From Octopus bimaculoides (Eukaryota), in the NCBI RefSeq assembly GCF_001194135.2, contig NC_068988.1:76424792-76457366 (forward strand): 32,575 nucleotides of DNA, read 5' to 3'. How positions within the stretch are numbered: position 1 is the stretch's first letter; each line of letters opens with the position of its first letter. Both the position numbers and the translations under genes were made by a program. Below the pieces are notes generated by a model. It searched no databases, was not told the origin of the DNA, and saw only the letters and a list, made by a program, of their open reading frames with translations. Positions 22,485-32,575 of this stretch are shown one piece after another.

Positions 22485-22774
22485 TGTGGTGTATGCGTGC
22501 GAGTATATGTAATCGCCTTACCTCGGTTCTCCTGTCGTCAACTGCGAGTCTGTCTTGCGGTATCCAATCCTTGAAGCTTGCCCCGACCCAAAGAACACTA
22601 GGAATAGCAGCTGCTTCTCCCAAACCTAGACCGTCGCTTAGCATGTCTTCTCCTGACCACAACCCCGTTCGAAGAAAGGGCACGAATCTCGATCGAGGCT
22701 CCCTCTGCCCTTTTTCCTCTTCCGGTCAACTCGCCCTTCCGGTCAGACTCCCCAGTCACTGACGTCATACCACA
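22485..22774 (-). repeat. 3' LTR (290 bp)
   Basis: Terminal inverted ends TGTGG...CCACA. G-rich PPT-like gatcagggtggcg immediately upstream on the minus strand, just after the integrase stop. Contains a CRE-like TGACGTCA at 22760-22767. Confidence 0.72.
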
Positions 22775-25427
22775 CGCCACCCTGATCTTAAAGATCAAGT
22801 TCACCCCTACTCCAATTCGAAGTCCGCCATCCAACCGGGCGGGCGCCTTACACGTCNNNNNNNNNNNNNNNNNNNNNNNNNNNNNNNNNNNNNNNNNNNN
22901 NNNNNNNNNNNNNNNNNNNNNNNNNNNNNNNNNNNNNNNNNNNNNNNNNNNNNNNNNNNNNNNNNNNNNNNNNNNNNNNNNNNNNNNNNNNNNNNNNNNN
23001 NNNNNNNNNNNNNNNNNNNNNNNNNNNNNNNNNNNNNNNNNNNNNNNNNNNNNNNNNNNNNNNNNNNNNNNNNNNNNNNNNNNNNNNNNNNNNNNNNNNN
23101 NNNNNNNNNNNNNNNNNNNNNNNNNNNNNNNNNNNNNNNNNNNNNNNNNNNNNNNNNNNNNNNNNNNNNNNNNNNNNNNNNNNNNNNNNNNNNNNNNNNN
23201 NNNNNNNNNNNNNNNNNNNNNNNNNNNNNNNNNNNNNNNNNNNNNNNNNNNNNNNNNNNNNNNNNNNNNNNNNNNNNNNNNNNNCACCTTCTACCGGTCA
23301 AGCATCTCTCCCAACGCTTCCGAACGAAACGCCGCCCCGTTGTCCATTAGCAGTTCTTTCACGGGACCCCTCTCCAAGAATATCCCATTCAGAATGCGGG
23401 CAATCTCATCGGCAATGCCTGTCCTCAGCTCCCTCCAAATGGTCAGTCGGCCCGGCCCGCAGTCGACCATGCTGAGATACATTCCCTGATGGTAGTGCGT
23501 CACATCCACAGCTAGTATCCTCCAGTTGCACTATACTGAGAGGTTCCCTTGCTCATGCCCACCTGGGGCGGGGTCAATGGACTGGCATCTGTCACATTTC
23601 GCGACCACTTTCTTGACGTTTCTCCTAATGACGTTTGCATCAATCATTCTCGCCAGATACAGGGTCCTATCCACCCCCAAGTGGTGCATAGCATGTAGCT
23701 CCTTCAGTTCAGAGTCACCCAGCCGACATGCTGCCGCTATCCCTTTCCTTGCTTCCTCCGGTTCCTCCAGCCACGCCCTTTTCACCCTGGTCAGTGCATC
23801 CGCCCTGTTTCTTTCCGAAGGCATGAAAACCACGTTCAGCTNNNNNNNNNNTCCAGCCACGCCCTTTTCACCCTGGTCAGTGCATCCGCCCTGTTTCTTT
23901 CCGAAGGCATGAAAACCACGTTCAGCTTCAGTCCGAACTCGGCGATCAGCTCTCCTAGAACTCCTCGGCGGCATTTCACCAACATCTCCGCGGCACCTTT
24001 CGTCCGGACTCTCTTCTCGCTGGTAATTACTGTTCCTACCCAGCAGACCACGGTGGCCGAATCCGTCCGGATCTTGATCGAGCGCAGCCCCCATCTCAGG
24101 GCCAAGTTCACCCCTTTCAGCACCGCATCTAGTTCGGTGACATTGATGTGGTTGAAGTTGTCCGCTTTCTGTAGCCAGGCCACATCCTCCACCTCAGCAC
24201 CTTCAATCTCCAACACAACCCCTATCACTATACTGCTAGCATCACACCAAACCGTCCCGCACTCCGTCTTGGGCACTACCAGTTTCCTCTGACCGGGTAT
24301 TCCGCTCTCGTTCTCTCTAGGATTTCCCGCATCATCGCCACCGTCGCCTCTCCCACCTTGTCACTCCAACTCTCCCCATCTGCTCGTCTCTTGGTGTAAC
24401 TGCATGCAGTGCGCAGCCAACCAGCGATCGAGTAATGTCCAATCAACTTCCCACAAACCGAGAACAACTCTCTCCTGCTGACGCTGGAACTCAGCTCTGG
24501 GATCTCGTTTCCTCTCCGGAACAACAGCTCGCCCTATCTGTCTTTTTGTAGCTTCAGCACCAGCGCAGCTCCCCCCACCATCGACTCAGGCGGCTGCGCA
24601 ATCAGCCCGAACCTCTCCAGGTGTCTCACTACCTCGGTGGCTGGCACTACAGTCTCGTCAACCAAAATGTCGTCGATGTAGGAACTGGTGGCCTTCCTTA
24701 TCCTCTCCTCTTTCCCTAGGATGGACTTGAGTACCATTGCTATAATTTTCGGAGCGGAATTCAGCCCGAAACTCAGCCTGGTTAAATAGAACGTCCGACC
24801 CTTGTACCGCACCAGCTGGTATCGCCACAGCTTGTCACTCACACGGAGCTGCAAATATGCCGACTTTAAGTCGACGATCGTCGCTGCCTTGGTCGACTGT
24901 CTCCACACACGTAACGCCTNNNNNNNNNNNNNNNNNNNNNNNNNNNNNNNNNNNNNNNNNNNNNNNNNNNNNNNNNNNNNNNNNNNNNNNNNNNNNNNNN
25001 NNNNNNNNNNNNNNNNNNNNNNNNNNNNNNNNNNNNNNNNNNNNNNNNNTGCCTCGCCTCCCGTGTGGCACGATATATGGTCGTTCAGCTCCCTAAAGTC
25101 CAGCACCGGTCTGACTTTTCCTTTCGTCGGCTGCGCCACCGCCATCAGAGGCAGCACTCCACTCACCACCTCCTCTTTCCACGGGACAAGGACTCCTTCC
25201 TTGATCCATCTCTCTACCTCCTCGTCGAACTCGACACCGGCGTGACCTTTCAACGTATGCTGGTAGCAGCTCACCCTGTTCTTTAGTAGTGGGGGCTCGT
25301 CCTTCCATCGCCACTCTATCTTCCACCTCCGACCATCAAACGCCGCTTGAAAATCTTTGTCCTCGATGGTGTAAGCGGCGCTGTTCCCGACGGGGCTCTG
25401 CTCTCCCTGGCGGTCCCGACTCATAAA
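22485..25427 (-). mobile_element. LTR retrotransposon, Gypsy-type domain order RT-RNase H-integrase, with 3' LTR; gag, protease and 5' LTR missing
   Basis: RT: RPVLDFRELN, VDLKSAYLQ, LSFGLNSAP, YIDD. RNase H: WCDAS, HINVTELDAV, RTDS, NRADAL. Integrase: HAMHH...CDRC, LAVDVTH, LMDNG, and C-terminal RVRRPPGWMADF. Confidence 0.88.
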
Positions 25428-25458
25428 GTTATTGTATACTGTTTATTTAATATTATAA

Positions 25459-25897
25459 ATAGGCACAGGTATGGTTATGTGGTAAGAAATTTGCTTCCCA
25501 ACCACATAATTCTGGGTTCAGTGCCATTGCATGACACCTTAGGCAAGTGTCTTCAATTATAGCCTCAGACTATCCAAAGCCTTGCAAGTAGTTTTGGTAG
25601 ATGAAAACTGAAAGAAGCCTATGCATGTATGTGTGTGTGTGAGTTTGTGTATGTGTGTGTGAGTTTGTGTGTGTGTGTGTGTGTATCTTTGTGTAAGTCC
25701 TTGTCCCCCGTCACTGTTTGACAACCGCTGTTAGTGTGTTCACATCCCCAAAACTTAGTAGTTTAGCAAAAAGAGACCAACAGAGTAAGTATCAGGCTAA
25801 AAAAATAAATTCTGAGGTCAATTCATTCAATTAAAAATTCAAGATGATGCCCCAGCATGGTGACAGTCTAATCATTTAAACAAGTAAAAGACAAAAG
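25459..25897 (+). mobile_element. Full-length tRNA-derived SINE with internal (TG)n
   Basis: Head with A-box-like tggttatgtggtaag and B-box-like gggttcagtgcc, body, (TG)n at 25625-25685, and a tail ending aaacaagtaaaagacaaaag that matches the other SINE tails. Confidence 0.85.
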
Positions 25898-26040
25898 GTA
25901 CTGTTATGGTAAAGAGAGACATTGTAAAGGTTGGTGGGTGTGTGTGATGTTAATTATAAAGCAGATCTTTTTAAATGACAATCATGCAATTATCTAAAAG
26001 CTCCATTATGAAAATCATTTTGGAGAGAGGCTTTAAATAT

Positions 26041-26241
26041 TGTTGTGTCGACGCCCCCAAGTGAAGAAGTAGGATCACCCAAGACATATAAATAGAGGTA
26101 GTCTAGCCGGGGTAGAGAGTTGAGTGACTGTTGAGTAGCCGTCGTGTAGCGGTTGAGTAGAGATCATCTGAAGGTGCTGGATAGCAGTAGCTTGAGACAT
26201 AACAAATATAAAAATCTGCAGAGCATTCAGTTTGGGCAACA
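26041..26241 (+). mobile_element. Probable solo LTR (201 bp)
   Basis: TGTTG...CAACA ends, TATA-like tataaatag, GC-richer than the flanks; no matching TSD seen. Confidence 0.45.
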
Positions 26242-27048
26242 GAAAAGTGCTTTATGAAGTGGAGTATTTAGTTACATCCTTCTACATCCACATTTCACAG
26301 GGACTATCTTCACTGTTAATCAGTACTATTAAGTCAAAAAAACAGATACCAGTAACATGGTATCAACTGAATATTCCATTGTCTCTTCAGATATTGGTTT
26401 GGTACCAAAGTTAAAAACTAATATAAAGATTTGCAAATATCCACACTCAGATTCTCAGATGCAATCATTTATAGCTAAAAGGAAAAATTAAAAAGGCCAA
26501 GAATTGACTGCCAATAGTAACCTTTCCATATTAATAAATTAAAACAATCTTGTTAATTCAAGATGACTAACATAGAGAAGACAGAATCACCCAACCCATC
26601 GTCTGAGAAAAGAACAACAGCATTAATTACAATAGCTTTACTATTATGGAACTAAAATTTCTCAAGAGAGATAAAAATAGTCCACAATATGTTGTTCTTG
26701 TATTTGTCTATTTATCTTCCAGGTGTTTAGACTCAGTTGCAACAAAAGCAAAATAATTAAACAATAACAAAAAATAGTATTTCAATAATTTCAACTCCAG
26801 ACAGTGTATTATTTTAATTTACTTCAGTTTAATTTTGTACTAAAAGCAAGTGATACAATGGTGCTGAAGGTAAACTACTGTTTAGACCTCATTCACAAGT
26901 TCAAATGAAGTCTATTATATAACTGAAAAACAAGTTATTAAATCTCGCTGTCTAACAATACATAATACAGACATGCTCTTATGGTTAAGACATTCACTTT
27001 ACAAAATCTTCAACACCAGCAGAATACAAACATATTCATTTCATTCAG

Positions 27049-27200
27049 ATGTTCAATTTACAACTTATTCTATAATCACATGGGTTAGAATAACACTACA
27101 AGAAACCTTGAGCAAGTTTCTTTTACCAAATTCTAAGTTTGGCCCAAGATTTGGACTGAAATTCATCAAAGACAATGAGAAGAACTACACCTGCTCTTTG
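27049..27200 (+). CDS. Candidate internal exon of an unidentified host gene: (D)VQFTTYSIITWVRITLQETLSKFLLPNSKFGPRFGLKFIKDNEKNYTCSL
   Basis: Acceptor ttcatttcattcag, donor TTG|gtaata, 152-nt open frame in non-repetitive AT-rich DNA. No protein family recognised. Confidence 0.35.
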
Positions 27201-27421
27201 GTAATAGACTTAATTTTCCACCTGGTCCATGAGTGTTTTTAGTGGAGTCTATTATATGTATTGTAGCCAGTGACTCGGTTAGTAGATTAGTCAATATCTA
27301 AATATGTGGTTTCTTACAATGGCACCATACAAATGATGGTTTCTAACTACCATTCCACCAATTATTTGGGGTACCCTGTGAAAGATAAATGATGCTTCTT
27401 TCTCCTCTTTAAATGGTATTC

Positions 27422-27866
27422 TTTTATTCTATTACTTGTTCCTGTCATTTCACTGCGGCCAAGCTGAAACACTGCCTTTAGTCGAATGAATCAACCCCAC
27501 TACTTGTTGTTTGTAAGCCAGGTACTTACTTTATTGGTCTCTTTTGCTGAACCACTTGGTCACAGGGATGTAAAACACCAACATCGGTTGTCAAGCGATG
27601 GTGGGGGGACAAACACAAATACACAAATATATACATATATATATATATGTGTGTGTGTGTGTGTCAGTGTTTGTCCCTGACCATTGCTTGACAACCAATG
27701 TTGGTGTTTTTATGTCACTGTGACTTAGCGGTTCGGCAAAAAAAGATCAATAGAGTAAATACCTGGCTTACAAAGAATAAGTACTGGGGTTGATTCGTTC
27801 GACTATAGGCAGTGTTTCAGCATGGCCGCAGTCAAATGACTGAAACAAGAAAAAGAATAAAAGAAT
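27422..27866. repeat. Inverted pair of SINE 3' halves around a (TA)/(TG) microsatellite (about 445-bp imperfect palindrome)
   Basis: 27422-27618 is the reverse complement of about 27665-27866. Confidence 0.88.
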
Positions 27867-29704
27867 GAAAGAATAATAAGATTAAAAAACTTTTATTGCT
27901 GAAAGTTTAATGGTAAATTAAGCATCAAAGTGTAAAGATTTTTGGTCAATGTAAAAATATCAAAACTTTTAAGACAATCCCATTTACATTGGCACTAGAA
28001 ATATTGCATGAAATAATATTAAAACTTTAATACAGATTAAGAAGGAAAAAAACATTTCATCCATCTACCAACTGTGTATTTGAACAAACACTAGTTATTA
28101 AAATAAACATGGTAAGTGCTTTTTGATTTCTGTTCATAGTTACACAATTTTTCCTGTAATTTTTCAGTTAAAAATAAGAAACAGAGATTCACCTCTTTTA
28201 TACATATTTCAAATTTATGTCACATCTGTAGGATCATGAAGAGAGTTGAAGGAAAAAGAAATTTGGTCTGATTTCAAGAGGTATTGCATTTTATTGGTAT
28301 ACATAAATACATGTGTGTCTGAGTGTGTGTGTGTGTGTGTGCGTGCATAAATAAATATATACTAACGTTTGCATACACACACACACAGACACTGACATAT
28401 AAGTCTGTGTACTATTTATGAGTGTGCATATATGTGTAGATGACATAATAGTGATGTCCATGATGGTGATGCTCCTTTATGCTTTTGCACTTTGAGCTAT
28501 TAAAGCTTTTTTCTATAAAGTTGTGCATGTGATATCCAACTGAGTAGGGGTTTTGATAAATTGTCTTTCAAAGTGGAAAACAATTTATCAAAAGTGGTTA
28601 AAAAGAAAGATTTCTACATTTTCCTTCCTTTTTAACAATTCCTGAAAATGTAGTATTTGAGCTAAAAATGCAAATGATCCCTATATCTCTGAAACTATAT
28701 TTCTGCCAGTGTTTATCACAAGTAGGAGTCTAAAGGTAAAAGGTGTTGAATTATCAAAACAAATACAATCTTTTTCTTATCTTCCACAAAAATGAATATA
28801 AAGTTATTTTCAATAAGAAATATTACTTTATGCAGCAATATGTCTTGTAGATTTTTAAAATGTGTTTAACTATTAAAGAACAGTTGGTTAAGTTTGGTTT
28901 TATCTCAGTAGAGAGAAGTACAACTGAGAAATGGTAAAATATTTTTGTTATTTCTCTTACAAGTAATGGATTGATACCTTGGCTGGGCATAAAATTTTTT
29001 CAATCTTTGTTTGTCAAGTTGATATTAGATACCCATGATGAACTTACTCTCAGAATACCATTCTCAATTTCTATGAGACAAATGCTATATTTACAACCAA
29101 ATACCAAATATGGCTTTTAAAAGCCAATTCAAATGTATTGATATTCTCTTTGTCTTTTTTATTTTTTTCCATTAACATTACATCAATCAAAATTGCTGTA
29201 GATAAAATGATTGATATGAATTATGTAATATTTTTCTTTCTGTTCTAAGCTCACATCCGACCAGTTTTACTTTCAATGCTGCAGGATCAACAAAATAAAA
29301 TACATTAAAACACTGGAAATCACTTCAATCAACAACACCCCTTTTTTCCTAATATCTTATTTTACCTAACCAAGCAAAAAAGTTAATATTTCTATCAGTT
29401 AAAGAAGAGAAATATTCCAAATTTAGTAATTAACAGTGTCCATTATTATTTATATCAGAAGAAGAGAACAGATAATGCCAAGTGAGCATGATAATGAAAT
29501 AAGGGATTGAGACTTTTACTATGTACCAGGTATAGTCAAAAGCTTTTTTCTGATTTTCTCTGATGATTTTTGGCAACTTGTATCTCCATGTTATATCATT
29601 ACTTTGATAAAATTTATCCAGTCGTTGTTGAATTGTTTATTCTTTACTTTCATGTATAACAGATAAACATTAATTGGTTATTCTTAATTTTACAAGTTTG
29701 ATAA

Positions 29705-30740
29705 TGAGTGGTCAAAAAATTTCAGTTAGAGCCATTTTACACTACCCATGGAAAAAAAAGACTGACTGCAAGAGCAGTAGCAAAAGTAATTAATGATGTG
29801 GAAGGCCTAGGGATTGTCAATGAATGTATGGCACAAAACTAGTTCAAACATTTCATGGTAGGGGGCACCAGCCTTGAAGACAAACCAACTTCTAGAAAAC
29901 CTTCTGTTGTGGAAGATGGGGGTTTGCTTAAAATGGTTGAATAGCCAAGCACAAGCATTCATACATTGTTGGCAGAGCTTGCTCCTTCACAAAGTACCAT
30001 CAATCAATACCTCCATATTCTCAGCCTTGTGAACAGAGGTTGTCAAGAAATTCCACATGAATTGACCAATGAATAGGCTCAATGACTCATGAACATTAGT
30101 AAACATTTGTGGGCAAATAGTCAAGATACCCATTTTATGAGTCAAATTGCAACTGAGGATGAAAAAATTGATCAAAGAAATTAGTGGCTTCACTCTGGCC
30201 AGGTTTCAAAACCTGTTGTCAAACTAGGGCTGTTTGAACAGAAGGTCATGTTGTGTTTGGTGGAATTTCAAGGGTGTTTTGCACTTTGAGCTTGTCCTAG
30301 ATGGTTATGCTACGAATGATAACCTTTGTGCTCAGCAACTGCAGTAAGTATATGATGTTTTAAAAGCTTGCTACTTGGCATCAGTCAATCAAAGATGCAC
30401 ACTCCTATAGTATGGCGATGCCCTGGCACATACTGCCAATGCGACTAAATGCAAACTATAGGGATTGGAAGTGTTACCTCATCCTACCTATAGTCCAGCT
30501 TATGCACCATCAGATTACCACCTTTTACAAGCTGTGACTAATTTCCTGCATGGATGATAGTTTAACAGTGTGGATAAAGTGAAAATGGTTGTATGAAGTT
30601 TTCTGCCTCTAAACCAGCTGAACAGTATAAGTGTGGAATTGAGCTACTGCCACAACAATGACAACAGACAATAAACATGAGATATATTTCAATGAATAAA
30701 CACTTTTTGTATGTAATTTGTAAAAACTATTAAAGTTCAA
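29705..30740 (+). mobile_element. Near full-length, strongly decayed mariner transposase pseudogene
   Basis: LEDKPTSRKP, IPHEL (WVPHEL), IATEDEK (TGDEK), YGDALAH (HDNARPH), LPHPTYSPAYAPSDYHL (YSPDLAPSDY). Confidence 0.8.
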
Positions 30741-31167
30741 AATACGGAAAAACATTCAACAGTAATTGTAAAATTTCTTCTAATCCTTGGTTAAATCAGC
30801 TTATAACTCATGACCTTTTGGTGAAGATAACAAGAGAAACCACACCAATGTGCAGTTATTCAGGCACTTTGAGAGTGTCTTAGAAAGTGCTACCTAGATG
30901 TTTTAGCTAATAGTTCTGCCTCCTTTTATTGTGGCTTTTAATTAAAAGTAAAGATATATACTTCAAATTTATGAAAGAAATACTGGTCAATCTCCATTGA
31001 AGACCATATCACTATTTCTGACCATTTTTTCTAAATATCTTAATCTGTTATAGACCAGTTCCAATGAGAAACTTACCATTAACAGACTTGTATTATATCA
31101 AATTGTATTGTGTCAATGGACACTGATCGCAAATAAATCATGCTTTATACATATATATATATATATA

Positions 31168-31826
31168 GATATATAATTTATATAAGGGCATTAACTATAT
31201 AGTAATGCCTCACGCTTAGAGGGACTAAATAAGTCAAAAACTACCAAAAAATAAGCAACATATTTACCGAAAGCGAGGGAAATGCAACTTTCAAAAATTA
31301 ACCTCCTAAAAACATTTAACTTAACGGCAAACCACTGGCTTCTCAATTAATACAGCAAAACTGTGAAGTAAGCTGCATCTTTTGTTCATCAGTGCACATA
31401 TGGTCGAGACACATAAAAAATAAACAAAAATAAACATACCACGATGTACCCAACACAGCACGATGACTTCTGTTCATCATTATATATCCGTGAAAGAGAC
31501 TANNNNNNNNNNNNNNNNNNNNNNNNNNNNNNNNNNNNNNNNNNNNNNNNNNNNNNNNNNNNNNNNNNNNNNNNNNNNNNNNNNNNNNNNNNNNNNNNNN
31601 NNNNNNNNNNNNNNNNNNNNNNNNNNNNNNNNNNNNNNNNNNNNNNNNNNNNNNNNNNNNNNNNNNNNNNNNNNNNNNNNNNNNNNNNNNNNNNNNNNNN
31701 NNGATATATAATTTATATAAGGGCATTAACTATATAGTAATGCCTCACGCTTAGAGGGACTAAATAAGTCAAAAACTACCAAAAAATAAGCAACATATTT
31801 ACCGAAAGCGAGGGAAATGCAACTTT
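31168..31826 (+). repeat. Identical 124-bp direct repeat at 31168-31291 and 31703-31826, spanning an N gap
   Basis: Base-for-base match; contains the hairpin ggcatta...taatgcc. Confidence 0.85.
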
Positions 31827-32159
31827 TTTTCCTTATGGAGTTTTTTCACACTGACTACTTGATAAATTCTTATAAAGATTTTATCCTATATTATATTATA
31901 TATAGATAGATAGATATAGATATATATATATAAAGCACGATTTATTCATGATCAGAGGCGTTCTTAAACCAAGGTACTACTGTATTAAATGAATATGAGA
32001 AAGACAGGAGATAAAGTACGATTTATTCGTGATTAGAGCAGTTCGAAACCAAGTTTCTACTTTTTTTTTTTTACCCCCCCCCCTCGTCCCCTTTACATTA
32101 TATCCATTATTCTCTTGTTATTACACTCACTACTTTTTTCCACTTTTTATCTCACCCCT

Positions 32160-32575
32160 ACCTACACGCACACATACTCACACACAAAAAATACACGCAC
32201 CCATACACACACATGTAAGCACACACCCCCAACACACCACACACACACAACACATATGCATGCACTCACACGCTCAGACTCGCCAACACACTTATACAAA
32301 CGCACATACACACGCCAACTTGCGCATACACACACACGCTAACAATCACGCAAACATACACATATACACACATGCACACATACACACATGCACACACACC
32401 TCTCACATACACAATACTCACTCACATACATAACACACACGCACGCATGAAAACATACACAATATACACATACACGCAAGCACAAAAAATATACACACAC
32501 GCGCACACGGAAACACATACAGACACACCTAAACACACACACACCCGTACCTAACACTCACAATCCCACACACAC
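32160..32575. repeat. Degenerate (CA)n microsatellite
   Basis: acacacac-rich to the end of the window. Confidence 0.95.

Noticed and set aside
25462-25535. tRNA gene
   Set aside because: A and B boxes are present but there is no cloverleaf, and the sequence continues into SINE body and tail; it is a tRNA-derived SINE head
26720-26760. Possible terminal exon CLDSVATKAK* after a strong acceptor
   Set aside because: Too short to identify, and a stop here conflicts with the downstream exon candidates

Overview
This is repeat-saturated, AT-rich eukaryotic DNA with many N gaps, not a prokaryotic window. The SINE, RTE and R4 families look like those I recall from octopod cephalopod genomes (recall, not a search). 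Nearly all coding-like sequence is decayed transposable element. From left to right: a 5'-truncated Tx1/L1-type LINE (minus); two head-to-tail R4/Dong-type REL-endonuclease retrotransposons; two RTE LINEs; a full-length DD37D maT transposon; two mariners; the 3' part of a Gypsy-order LTR retrotransposon; SINEs, microsatellites and a short interrupted satellite. No intact TE ORF, RNA gene or CRISPR array is supported, and host exons are only tentative (26.3-29.3 kb). I found no demonstrable new biological system. The best leads are: (1) an 83-bp piece of one R4 family copied into an unrelated neighbouring R4; (2) a complete C4HC3 PHD finger inside an RTE reverse transcriptase; (3) an LTR element with DIRS-like RT/RNase H motifs but a DDE integrase; (4) a mariner with about 208-bp inverted ends carrying a 78-bp palindrome; (5) an inverted SINE-tail pair sharing variants; (6) a short (about 75-85 bp) satellite-like unit that sits at many insertion junctions.
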